Assembly (NCBI GenBank): GCA_000004985.1
Contig: GG738852.1
Direction: 5' to 3' (one strand)
DNA: 64,000 bases
From: Naegleria gruberi
Taxonomy: Eukaryota
Each line of letters opens with the position of its first letter. The first letter of the stretch is position 1. The position numbers and the translations under genes are program-made. This document shows positions 24,552 through 37,700 of this stretch, in pieces. Below the pieces are notes generated by a model, which worked only from the letters and a program-made list of their open reading frames with translations, ran no database searches and was not told where the DNA came from.

Positions 24552-24777
24552 TTTTTTAATATAATTATTTCTTCTTTAAATGAGATTGCTATTAATAGTT
24601 CTCAACTATGGATTCTTTCTAGTAGAATAGGTCAACTAATGCTAAAGAATCTAAAATTGATTGAAAGAAATCAATACCATTTGTAATTCTTTACAATTAA
24701 TTTAAATAGTATTTAATATTAACTATTATTAGAATAGATAACCGTTGGAGAGCAGGAAGATAATAAATTAAAAAAAA

Positions 24778-26583
24778 ATGCATCCACTATTATTTATTGC
24801 ACTTGTTTGTAAACAACATGTAATAACCTTCAATCATTCAATTTTATCGGAAATTAATTATCCTCACATACATTTATTAAATTGTCATCATACAACAAGT
24901 ATTGAAGATTTATTTTTATTCTTTGCATCTCCTACTTCTCAACAACAACAATTAAATAATTTAAATAATAATTTAAATAATAATAATACTATTAATACTA
25001 TTAATAGTAATAATAATATAAATTCAATTAAAACACCTGAATCAACATCAAATATTAAATCACCAACATCACCTCAAAGATTATCTTTAAATTATGATCA
25101 AATTAATTTAATTACAAATAATTTACAATTTAATTTATTTAATAATAATAATATAAATGAAAATGATGAAATTGGAAATAGAAATTCACTTGTAAAACAA
25201 CATAAAAGAAGTAGTAGTTTAGCAATTGATAATTTAATATTAAATAATAATATAAATGGAAATAATATAAATGGAAATATTAATTCATTACCTCAATCAT
25301 CTCTAATATTACAATCTAATAATAATTTAAATGAAATTAATCAACAACAATTAACAAATATGGAAAAAAGAAATAGTTTTAAACATAATAAAAATATTTT
25401 TAGTTTTGATGATAGATATCATCAAGTATTTAATGATACAAATAATTTAAATAATAATTTAAATAATACAAATAATAATAATAATAATAATTTAAATAAT
25501 ACTTCCATAAATAATAATAATACAAATATAGCAAATATTACTAATGTAAATCATTCATATCATCATAATGTACATTCATTAAATGATGGTAATTTGACAC
25601 CATCTACACCATTTAATCAATCTCAATTACATGTTCCATTTTCATTACAAAAAAGAACTTCCATTTTAAGTAAGAGACATTTTAAACATGTTTCAAATTC
25701 ACCAAATATAAATAATTCTAATTCTATTAATAATAATAATTCTAATAATATAAATGATAATATTTTTGATTTACAAGTTAAAACTAATGAAAGAAAATTT
25801 AGAATTTTAATTTTAAATAATTTTAGAAGTGTTTCTAAAAGAGTAAAATTTACTTTATTGGAAATATTTAAATATAAAAAAGTTATTTTAGGTGATAAAA
25901 TTATTGATATTCCATATGAATTTATTTGTATATGTGATACTTTAGAATTACCTTCTCCATTAGTATGTTTTTAATTTTAATTTTATTTTAATTTTAATAT
26001 ATTTAATTTAATATTTTAATATATATAATATTTAATATATTTAAAAAATAGTTAAATGAATTTATTGGATTTGTACCAACATTATGTGCTAATACAACAA
26101 TAACAATACAAGATATTCAAAATTATTCAACAAATATTCAACATATTATTCAACAACAATTGAATAGATTAAATGAACAAACAAATTTAATTGATTGTGT
26201 TGATATGACTGTTAAAATACAACAATATATTAGAGAAATTATTATACAATGTAGAAATCATCAATATATTAAAAAATATCCAACAAGTGAAGCTTTACCT
26301 TTTACTGTTATGGCATGCAAGTATGTTTTTTATTTATTTATTTAATATTTATTTAATATTTATTTAATATTATTTATTTAATTCATTGTTACAATAATTT
26401 ATAACAACAACTATTATTGAATGGTTTTAAAGAGCATACGCATTGATATATAACAAGACATTTGTAACACCTACTCATGTACAATCAATAATTTCAAATT
26501 TATTATTTCATAGAATTGAATGCATTTCAGATGATAAATGGAATGTAATTCAACAAGTAGTTTCAAATGTTTTACCACCTTGA
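24778..26583 (+). CDS. Hypothetical Asn-rich protein, 3 exons (24778..25962, 26052..26320, 26433..26583)
   Basis: Exon 1 ends '...ELPSPL' with a GTATGT donor at 25963. The acceptor ...aaaaaatag ends at 26051. Exon 2 reads 'LNEFIGFVPTLCANTTITIQDIQ...PFTVMAC' + AA (phase 2), with a GTATGT donor at 26321. The acceptor ttttaaag ends at 26432. Exon 3 reads 'KAYALIYNKTFVTPTHVQSIISNLLFHRIECISDDKWNVIQQVVSNVLPP', ending at the TGA at 26581-26583. This incorporates listed ORF 26160..26345. Family not recognised. Confidence 0.5.
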
Positions 26584-26728
26584 GGTTGACTGTGCAATAT
26601 ATTACTATGCACCATTTAAACAGTGATATCTTCATAAATGTCAAAATGACCAAATTGGTTACTATTGAAGTATCTTATTATTTAGCATGGAACTCCATGT
26701 AATGCAATATTTTATTGGCTTATCTTGA

Positions 26729-28342
26729 ATGGAAACCATAAAGAGTCTCATCAGCATGCTAATGACGAGGCTTCTCAAGGTTTCAAAGCCAATTTCAAAC
26801 AATAAAAACAAGGCTTGCAAAAAAATGTTCAATTCAACCAGACGTCAATTGATTCGTAGCATTAAATCTTCTTCTATTGCATCATCATCATCATCAACAA
26901 CAACATCATTGAAGAGAGGATATGCTATTACTAAAATTCCATTACCTTCTCTTTCACCAACAATGACTTCGGGTGAAATTGTCCAATGGTTGAAGAAGGA
27001 AGGTGATAAAATCTCTGTTGGTGATTCCTTGTGCGAAATCAGAACAGATAAATCAGTATTGGATTTTGAATCAACTGAAGAAGGTATTTTGGGTAAAATT
27101 ATCATTCCTGGTGGAACAAAGAATATTGAAATGGGTGCAACTATTGGCTATCTTGTTGATAAATTGGATGAAATTAAGAACATTCCTACAACATCTACTC
27201 CTGTTAGTAGTACTCCTGCTAGTACTCCAACAACAACAACAACCTCTACTACACCAGCCAGTACTTCTACTACTTCATCAAGTGCTTGTAGTAATTGGAA
27301 GGATAGAATGAATCACTCTGCTCCATTGTGTCCATCTGTTCTTCGTATTTTGAATGAAAACACTTGGATTCATGTAAAGGATATTAAAGCAACTGGTAGA
27401 GGAGGTAGACTTACCAAGACTGACTTGATTAATTATATGAATAATAGATCATGCTCTTCAAACAATGCTATTGATGCTTCTCCAAGAATTACTATTAACA
27501 CAACATCAACTCCACAACCAACCACAACTACTACTGCCACTCCAACTCCTCAATCCACCAAGCCAACAGAAACCAAGCCACAACCAACCACTGCTGCTAC
27601 TGCTGCTTCTTCACCAATTAAAACAGCTGCATTCAATGATATTGAAACAACACAAATTAGAAAGATTATTGCTTCTAGATTACTTGAATCTAAACAAAAC
27701 ATTCCACACAGTTATTATACCATTCAACCAAGAATTGATAAATTATTGAGTATTAAGAATAAGCTTGCAGAAAAGGGAGTTAAGGCCAGTGTTAATGATA
27801 TTATTATTTATTGTGCTGCTAGAGCTTTACAAAGAGTTCCAGAATGTAATGTAATTTTCAATCTCAATGGACATACTCAAGTTGAAAATATTGATATTTC
27901 ATTTGCTGTTGCTACTCCAACTGGTTTAATTACACCAATTATTCCAAAGACAAATACTAAGAGTATTGAACAAATTGCTGCCTCTGTTAAGGAATTAGGT
28001 AAGAGAGCTAAGGAAAACAAATTGAAACCAGAAGAATTCCAAGGTGGTTCTTTCTGTATTTCAAATCTTGGAATGTTTGGTATTCAACATTTTGCTGCTG
28101 TTATTAATCCACCTCATGGTATCATTCTTGCAATTGGTGGTTCTGAAAAGAAACCTATTTTTGAAACTGAATCTTTAGATTTGGATAACATGTCAACTGA
28201 AGATATTAGTATTAATGATGTTCAAATTGGTACTTTTATGAGTGTTACTGCAGCTTGTGATTCGAGAGCAATTGATGGAGTTACTGCTGGTAAATTTATG
28301 AAGGTTTTGAGAGAAGAATTGGAATTTGATCTTTCTCTTTAA
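26729..28342 (+). CDS. Dihydrolipoamide acyltransferase-like protein of the pyruvate dehydrogenase complex. Most consistent with E3-binding protein (protein X/PDHX-like), as the catalytic His is replaced
   Basis: The N-terminus is basic and Ser-rich, like a mitochondrial presequence. The alternative start 'MFNSTRRQLIRSIKSSS' at ~26825 is also plausible. A lipoyl domain is present ('ITKIPLPSLSPTMTSGEIVQWLKKEGDKISVGDSLCEIRTDKSVLDFES'). Ala/Pro/Thr-rich linkers follow. A peripheral-subunit-binding domain is present ('CPSVLRILNENTWIHVKDIKATGRGGRLTKTDL'). The C-terminus is a 2-oxoacid-dehydrogenase acyltransferase-fold domain ('ISNLGMFGIQHFAAVINPPHGIILAIGG'). Its active-site motif is 'DSRAIDG' where catalytic E2 enzymes have 'DHRxxDG'. 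Confidence 0.8.
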   Translation: METIKSLISMLMTRLLKVSKPISNNKNKACKKMFNSTRRQLIRSIKSSSIASSSSSTTTSLKRGYAITKIPLPSLSPTMTSGEIVQWLKKEGDKISVGDSLCEIRTDKSVLDFESTEEGILGKIIIPGGTKNIEMGATIGYLVDKLDEIKNIPTTSTPVSSTPASTPTTTTTSTTPASTSTTSSSACSNWKDRMNHSAPLCPSVLRILNENTWIHVKDIKATGRGGRLTKTDLINYMNNRSCSSNNAIDASPRITINTTSTPQPTTTTTATPTPQSTKPTETKPQPTTAATAASSPIKTAAFNDIETTQIRKIIASRLLESKQNIPHSYYTIQPRIDKLLSIKNKLAEKGVKASVNDIIIYCAARALQRVPECNVIFNLNGHTQVENIDISFAVATPTGLITPIIPKTNTKSIEQIAASVKELGKRAKENKLKPEEFQGGSFCISNLGMFGIQHFAAVINPPHGIILAIGGSEKKPIFETESLDLDNMSTEDISINDVQIGTFMSVTAACDSRAIDGVTAGKFMKVLREELEFDLSL

Positions 28343-28712
28343 ATCATCTAATAATTCAATTAATTACTTCTCTCTTAAAATATTAAAACAGTATTTGTTT
28401 TGCTTTTATTTCAGTAATGTTACAAACAAGGCAACCTGTTCACAACGTAGTACAATTTGTTAATATGTTAACATACACAACCGAATTTCATGCTTGCTAA
28501 TTTAAACATAGACATATATTTATTGGAACAAGAAGATAATCCAAAATACAACACCTTTGAAATGCCTTGTTCAAAAATTGTACTTAATTTTGGCGCGTTT
28601 TTCAGCAATTCTACAGAAAAAAAAATACAACTTTCTGATTGTTGCTCAACTAGTTAACAACCAGGTAAGTTTATTGAACAAATCAGCAAGAACTACAACA
28701 ATATTAGATAGG

Positions 28713-31700
28713 ATGTCATTGAACGGAAAGAAAACAAATCTAAGACAAACAGTCATTCCGAGACCAAGGGAACAACCGTTTGGTTCAAGTTCTGGTGGTA
28801 CTCTATTTACAAAACCTCAACAAGATAGAGATACTTTACCATCATCATCTAATAACAATGCTTCATTATTGAAAACTGTAAGTTTTTGATTTGGATATTG
28901 GATAGAAAATTTCTGTAGTTATTTAAGGAAGCACCACAAAAATCATTTGAACCAAAAGTTTATGTACCTTATAAACACTCTCCAGGAGCTATTCCAAGAC
29001 AAGTTATTGTGGAAAGGTTAGTATAGTTATTGAAAACAAGTTCAAAATTAATTGAACAATTTTATTAGATTGAGGAGACAATACGAACAACAGGATATTG
29101 AAGAGTTGTTAAGGAATGAAGGTATAGATTATTCAAAACCAATAACACCGGAAAGAAAGTATGAATTATATTTACCTCTTGATGCTTTTGATAATACCGA
29201 TTTTGATATAAGACAACCTCATGAATGGATCAAACAAGGACTTGATGAAGATGGAAAATTTATTTATGTTCCTGCTATGGCCTTACAAGCAAAGGAAGGT
29301 GTAGGAAATTGGCACTATTGTAAAGTTTATGATGTGGATGAGGTCAACAACAAATATTTAGTTGATTTTGTTAATCAAGAAGGAAATAGAATTTGGCTTC
29401 CAAGAATTTATGTAATGTTTTTGGCTGAAAATCCAGTTAATTTTGCTAAGCGTGTTGCTCATGCACACAAATCAAGAAAGGTGGCAGAATCTTTAATTAG
29501 ATACTTTTTGTATATAGAACACATGCCTTCAGATGATTCATCACCACTTACTGAAGATCAATCTCAAAATATTAGAAGACTAGGTTGCGATTCGAAAAGA
29601 CTAAGAGAAAAGTTGTATGACTCCACAACTGATGATATATTGGAGGAAATTATAATAGAATATCAAGCTGTTGCTAACAGAATGATTTTTGATAAGAATA
29701 TGAAAGATCCTCTCCAAAAGGATTTATTTAAAAATTTGGAATTACCAGAAGAATTTCTTGACCCATCACAAAAGAAAGTTCCATATCTTGCAACTATCTC
29801 AATTCCACCATATCCATTTACTGAAAATTCAAAACAATTCTCTTTCAATTCTTACTTTACAGAAAGGAATATTCTTGATGCTTTATTGAATGTAAAGAGG
29901 GAATTGTTAGAAAAGCAAATTTTCAAAATTTTCCACATTCCTCTGAAGAAAACTGTAACATTGGACGAATTTGAACAAATCCAAATTCAAGCAATAGATT
30001 CCATTGTTTCTAAATTAACTGGAGAATGGTTAGGTAATCTTAAACAACATATTCAAGACAGTTTAATTCATATTGAAAAGGGTTGGTTAAGTGTTGCAGG
30101 AAAAACTGTTCAAATTTATGAAATGAGTAAGCTTAAGAGATTTATGAACACCATTAGATTCATGATGCAAGATTCTATCAAATTTTTAATGCAAGACTCA
30201 TTTAAGGAATATGTTAAATATATTGAGGAATATTGTACCTTTGATGTACAAATTAATTCAGTTGAAAATGTTGAGGTCAAATTCCATCATGAAAATGATT
30301 CATCAAAGAGAGCAGTTAACTTATTTTCTATAGAATTGTCATTTAAGGATGACAAATTCTTCTTTATAACACCTACCGAGAGATTCAAGGCTATTGTTGT
30401 TGAAATGTTTGATAAGGCTTTGAAAGACTTCCAAAAGATTTCTGATGTCGAATCCCACGTTTTAAGTGAAGAGTTTTGTGAAAGATTTTCGGATAAAGAA
30501 AATGACGATAAGAGAAACAAGAGAAATACCTCAATGAAGAAATCCCATAAGATGTTCCTTTGGGGAGAGGTCAAAATGCTTGATACACTCAAACCAACAG
30601 ACGAAGAAGTTATTAATTGGAGAAGATCATTGGATAATTTAATGTCTTCAGCATTACAACCTCTGAATGATTTCTTGAAGCAATTTGAACAATATGAAGA
30701 TCTTTTAAGAGTTGATGTTCAAAAATTCATGGAAGAATACGAAAAGAAAGACAGTCTTACCATCGATGATATCAAGGCTGAAATTCTCAAAAATTTCGAA
30801 ATGAAGGACAAGATTAGAGAAAGTATACCACAAAAAGTTAATATGGGTACATTCTTAATTGATTGTCAGAGTATAAGAAACCATTTGAGCAGAAAGTGTT
30901 CAGAAATTGGTAAAAAGATTCTTGATTACTTGGCAAGAACTGCAAGTGAGAAATGTAATTTTGTTTTGGAAAATTTCAACAAGCTTTCAAGGGAAATCAA
31001 CAAACCACCTGAGGATATCGAGTCATTGACAAAGTTGAAACAAAGATTGAAGGAAATTCCTGATATGGTATTAGAATATGAAGAAAAGATTATAGAAATG
31101 AAAAATTACTATACAATTTTGGAAAATGAGTTCAAATATCCATTATCAGACGAAGAATTTAAAAACTTGTGGACAGCAGCTACTTGGCCAAAGAAGGTTC
31201 AAGAGCAAATTGAAAAGGTCGAATCATTCTTGGAAAAGAAGAAGGAAAACTTGAGAGAAAGACTCGTTACAGATCAAAAGTCCTTCATGAAGGAATTGGA
31301 AAGTATTACAAAGGTTGTTTCTGGATTCTCTAAACACAGAGATATTTTATCTGTTGCAGAAGTTGCTAAGGAAGTCAAGACAATTCAAAAGCAACTTCAA
31401 GACTTCCAAGATAGAGCCAGAAAGAATAATCAAAAGGAAATACTTTTTGGCATGGATATTACAGAGCATACTCAATTGAATGCCATTGTCAAACAATTCC
31501 AACCATATGCTGATTTGTGGTTAACTGTAGATAATTACTTTGCCTGGGAAGAGAGTTGGTCTAAGGAACCATTCGAGAATTTGGATGCTCCAAAGATTGA
31601 AGAAGAAGTTAAAGCAGCTGAGAAGGCCATGTTGAAGTGTATGAAACAATTCAAAGAAATTCCAGAAATTAGAAAAATTTCTGAAACCATCAAAAAGAAG

Positions 31701-34700
31701 GTTGAAGAATTTACACCATACATTCCTCTTGTACTTGCATTAAGAAATCCAGGTATGAGACAAAGACATTGGCAATCAATTTCAAATGATATTGGTATTG
31801 AAATCATTCCAGGACAAACCTTAAAGTTTATGGATGACGTTTTCACCATGAAATTACTTAATCATGAAGATGTAATTAAGAAGTACAGTGATATTGCTTC
31901 AAGAGAATATACTATCGAAAAGGCATTGAAAGATATGCAAGAAGCTTGGGAAAGTTGCTTATTCGAAGTTGTGCCATACAGAAAGACTGGTACCTATGTA
32001 ATGAAAGTTAGTGATGAAATTCAACAACAACTTTCTGAACATATTGCCCTCACCCAAACTATCAGCTTCTCTTCATTCAAGAAGCATTTTGAAGCAGATT
32101 TAAAGGCATGGGAAAATCAATTATATCTCGTATCTGAAATCTTTGAAGAATGGGCTAATTGTCAAAGAGAATGGATGGCTTTGGAACCAATCTTCTCTGC
32201 TGAAGAAATGCAAAACCAATTGCCTCAACTTTATAAGCAATTTAAACAAGTCGATGTCAAATGGAGAAGAATCATGGATGGCGTATTCAGAAATCCAAAT
32301 ATCATGTCTTTCTGTACAACTACTGCAAAGTTGTTAAAGACCTTCCAATCAAACAATTCAATCCTTTCTGTTATTCAAAAGGGCTTGAGCAATTATTTAG
32401 AAAAGAAGAGACAACAATTTGCCAGATTGTATTTCCTTGCTGATGAAGAATTACTTGAAATTTTGGCCAAGACAAGAGATCCAACAGCTGTTCAAAAGTA
32501 TCTTAGTAAGATCTTTGAAGGTATTGGTGAATTGGACTTTGTAGATATTCCTGAGGAAAGAAAACAACAAACGTCTTCTAAAGGACCTGCTCTTGAAATG
32601 GTTGCTATGATGTCAAAGGCTGGCGAAAGAGTTGAATTCAAGGAAAGATTGCAACCAACTGGAAGTGTTGAAGTATGGTTAAAGGAAGTTGAAAGAGTTA
32701 TGTGTGGAAGTCTTAAAGAAACTGTTTCCAAATCACTTATTGACTATAATCATACTCCAAGAAATGAATGGGTACTTAAATGGCCTGGTCAAGTTGTTAT
32801 TTTGGGCAGTCAAGTATATTGGACAAAGGATATTACACAAGCACTTAATTCTGGAGGTAATAAGGGTTTAAGAGGTTATTTGGATGTTGTTAAAGAACAA
32901 CTTTTGGGCTTGATTAGAATTGTAAGAACTGATATTTCCAAGCTTGAAAAGACCAATATTGAAGGTTTGATTACTATTGAAGTCCACGCCAGAGATGTAG
33001 TTGAACAAATGTTACAAGAAGGTATTCAAAGTACTCATGACTTTGAATGGGTATCCCAAATGAGATACTATTGGGAACCTAAAGAAACCTATGATGAAAA
33101 TGGACAAATTGTTAAATCTGATGATTTTACATGTTATGTCAGACAAGTTGAAACTCAATTTGAATATGGTTACGAATATTTGGGTAACACATCTCGTTTA
33201 GTCATTACACCTCTTACTGACAGAATTTATTTAACATTAACAGGTGCTTTGCACTTGGGTCTTGGTGGTGCTCCAGCTGGTCCTGCCGGTACTGGTAAAA
33301 CTGAAACTGTTAAGGATCTTGCAAAGGCTTTGGCCAAGAAGTGTGTTGTTTTGAATTGTCAAGAAGGTATGAGAGAAAATTCAATGGCTCAAATTTTCAA
33401 GGGTCTTGTTCAATCTGGTTCTTGGGGCTGTTTCGACGAATTCAATCGTATTGATGTTGAAGTCCTTTCAGTCGTTGCTCAACAACTTTCTACATTGCAA
33501 GAAGCTGCTAGAGCTCGATTGGCAACTTGTCAATTTGATAACACAACCATTAATGTTGATCCTTCATATGCTGTATTTATTACTATGAACCCTGGCTATG
33601 CTGGTCGTACTGAACTTCCAGATAACTTGAAAGCATTGTTTAGACCTGTCGCATGTATGGTTCCTGACTATAGATTAATTGCTGAAATTCGTTTGATTTC
33701 GTTCGGTTTTGAAAATGCTAAACCACTTTCAAACAAGATGGTTCAATCTTTCAAATTGGCCTCTGAACAATTGTCCTCACAAACTCACTACGATTTTGGT
33801 ATGAGAGCTGTCAATACTGTTATTGCTGCTGCTGGTTTACTTAAGAGAAAACATCTCAAGATGAACGAAGAAGTGCTTGTATTGAGAGCATTGAGAGATT
33901 CCAATATTCCAAAGTTCTTGGTGAATGACGTTATTCTTTTCAATGGTATTGTTTCAGATTTGTTCCCTAAGGTTCAAATTGAAGCCACAGACTATGAAAA
34001 GCTCAATGCAGCACTCCTTGAAGCAACTGAACACTTTGGAATCAAACTTACACCTGTTTTCCATGAAAAATGTTTGCAACTTTATGAAACTACTATTTTG
34101 CGTCACGGTGTCATGTTGGTTGGTAATACAGGAGGTGGTAAGACAATGTGCTACAAGACTCTTGCTCACGCCCTCACAACATGTAGTAAGACCAATAAGG
34201 ATGACTTCCATCCTGTTCACTATAGTGTTATCAATCCAAAGTCTGTAACTATGGAACAACTCTATGGTGAGTACGACAAGAATACAAGAGAATGGAGAAA
34301 TGGTGTTTTGGCTGCAGAATTCAGAAAGTTTGGTGAAGACACAACCTTGGACTGTAAATGGTTAATCTTTGATGGACCTGTTGATGCTTTGTGGATTGAA
34401 TCAATGAATACTGTATTGGACGAAAATAAGAAATTGTGTCTTTCAAACGGTTCTATGATTGAAATGTCAGTTCACATGAATATTGTCTTTGAAGTTGAAG
34501 ACTTGGCTGAAGCTTCTCCTGCTACTGTCAGTCGTTGTGGTATGGTCTACTTGGATCCAAAAGCAACTGTTCCACCTATGGTACACGTAGATTGCTGGTT
34601 GAATAAGGTTTCCTCTCTTCTTAAACCATATCATGACCAATTGAGAAAATTATTTGAAATCTTCTTACCTGAGGGTATTGATTTCATTAGATATAACGTG

Positions 34701-37700
34701 TTGGAATATATTCCAACTGTTGATAGCAATTTGGCTCATAGTACTTTCAAGATTTTGGATACTTTATTTGTTGAATATGATCCAAGTCTTGGTAGAAAGA
34801 AAAAGAAGTCATTCAACTTTGAAGAAGAGGATAAGGGTAATGAAGCTAAGATGGCTAAACTCAGTTCTTTAATTGAACCATATTTCCTCTTTGCCATTAC
34901 ATGGGGTATTGGTGCTTCATGTGATTATGATGGTAGAAAGAGCTTTGATAAGTTTATGAGAAAGACAATGAAGGAAAATTCTATTACTTCTGTCTATCCA
35001 GATGAAGGATTAGTCTATGATTACTTCTTTGATTCTGAAGACGTTGTTTGGAAGAATTGGGCTGTTGTTACCCCAGAATTAGAAATTAATAATAATACTC
35101 AATTCAGAGATATGATTGTTCCAACAATTGACACAATGAGAAGTAGTTGGCTTGTTAAGAAGTTGATTCAAAATGATAATCACGTATTGTGTGTTGGTCC
35201 AACTGGTACTGGTAAATCTCAAGTTATTTCCCAAGTATTGTTGAAGGAAATTCCAGAAGAATTTATTCCTCTCGTTATCTTCTTCTCTGCAAGAACTGAA
35301 GCCAATGCTGTTCAAAATATAATTGATGCCAAATTAGATAGAAGAAGACCTGGTGTTTATGGGCCACCACAAGGTAGAAAGTATATTATCTTTATTGACG
35401 ATATTAACATGCCTACCAAGGAACAATATGGTGCTCAACCTCCTATTGAATTGGTAAGACAATGGATGGATCATAGTGGTTGGTATGAATATTCCAACGA
35501 AAGATTACCATTCAGAATGGTTGAAAATCTTACATATATTGCTGCTTGCGGTCCTCCTGGAGGTGGTAGAAACACTGTTACTAACAGATTGATGAGACAC
35601 TTTACCTTTATTTCATTCCCTGAAATGCAACATGACAGCTTGAGTAAGATCTTCTCAACAATCCTTAACAAGTCATATATTGAACCAAACACAAGTATCA
35701 AAGACTTTATGACTCAAGAAATTTCTACCAAATTTGTTGATTCAAGTATTGAGCTCTTTAATATTATTAGAAAGGAAATGCTTCCAACTCCATCTAGATC
35801 TCACTATACATTCAACTTGAGAGATTTATCAAAGGTATTCCAAGGTATCCTTCAAGCCAATCCAAAGAAGATTCTTAATATGACTGATATTCTCAAGTTA
35901 TGGACTCACGAAAGTTCAAGAGTGTTTAAGGATCGTTTGGTAGATAATCCAGACAGAAGAAAGTTTGAAGAAATTCAAGAACAATTATTGACCAAATTCT
36001 TCCCTGAAGCTGATGCTAATACCATTGTTCATCAAAGATTAATTTATTCTGATATTTTGAGTCATGGTAATGAAGTTAGAACATATGACCAAGTATCTGA
36101 CCATATTGAATTGCTTAGAATTGTTAATGAGCAATTGGGTGAATACAACATTAACAATAACGAAAAGAAGATGGACTTGGTTATGTTCTTGGATGCCATT
36201 GAACATGTATGTAAGATTGGAAGAATTATTAGACAACCAGGTGGTAATGCTTTATTACTTGGTGTTGGTGGTAGTGGTAGACAAAGTTTAACAAAACTTG
36301 CCTGCTTTATTGCTTCATACGATATGATGCAACTTGAAATTAGAAAATCCTTCTCACTGAAGGATTGGAAGGAATTCCTTAAGGTTCTTTTGCTGAACGC
36401 TGGTAAAAAGAATGGAAAGGGTGAAAATACTGTTTTCTTATTGGCAGATACTCAAATTATCTACGAATCATTCCTTGAAGATATCAACAACTTATTGAAC
36501 AGTGGTGAAGTTCCAAATCTATTTGAAGCTCAAGATTTTGATGAAATTTACACTGCTATGAAGCCAATTTGTGCCATTGAAAAGCTTCCTGCAACGCCAT
36601 TATCTTGGTATAATAGGTTTATCAAGTGTGTTCAAGATAACTTGCACATTGTTTTGGCTATGAGTCCAATTGGTGAGACCTTCAGAAGCAGACTCAGAAT
36701 GTTCCCTTCATTGGTAAATTGCTGTACAATCGATTGGTTCAGTGAATGGCCAAAGGATGCTTTATTGAGTGTTGCAAACGAAAAGTTATCAAACTTGAGA
36801 ATGATTTCAGTTGAGCATGACTCTCAAATTGAGGAGACTAGAGAAGCAGAGGAAGATTTGAAAGAAAGAGTTAATCAAATGTTTGTCTACATCCATCAAT
36901 CTGTTGAAAAAGCATCCGTCGATTACTTGAGACACGCAGGTAGAACCAACTATGTCACTCCAACTAGTTATCTTGAACTTTTGAACTCATTCAATAGTGT
37001 TCTTGATGTGAACAGAAAGAATTTGGAAAAGGAGAAGAGAACATTACAAATTGGTTTGAAGATTTTGAGAGAAACCGAAGAATATGTTCACAAACTCCAA
37101 GAAGACTTGAAGATCAAGAGACCTCAATTGGATCACACAAGAACTGAAATTGATAAGAACATGATTACTTTGAATAAGGAAAGAGAAGAAGCTCAAAAGA
37201 CTCAAGAAATTGTTCAAATAGAAAATGCTGAGGCTAACAAGATTGAAACTGAAGCTAAGGGTATGAAGCAATCTGCTGAAGAAGAATTGAGTCAGGTCGA
37301 ACCATTGTTGGAAAAGGCCGTAGAAACAGTTAAGAACATCAAAGTCAACCAAATTCGTGAAGTTGCTAACTATAAGGTTCCTCCATCTGGTGCTCTTAAA
37401 GTTTTGGAAGCTGTCTTGATCATGTTTGGTGAAACCAACGGTGTTAAGAGAGTTAAGGATGGTGTTACTGTTTACGATTGGTGGGAAACTGCCAAGACTT
37501 ATCTTAACAATGCGCCAAAACTTAAGGACGATATGATTGGTTATGATAAGGAAAATATTCAAGAAAGTATTATTAGAAGAATTACCAAATATTACAACGA
37601 TCCTGAATTCCAAGTCAACAGAGTTAAGGAAGTTTCATTGGCCTTGGTTGCTATGTGTCAATGGGTCAGAGCCATGTATGATTTTTATTGGGTTAATAAG

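Noticed and set aside
28557-28712. Extra upstream dynein exon, suggested by the gtaagt at ~28667 within listed ORF 28557..28889.
   Set aside because: In the frame of the in-window ATG at 28562 there is a TAA before the putative donor. The ATG at 28713 gives a clean start. An additional 5' non-coding exon cannot be excluded.
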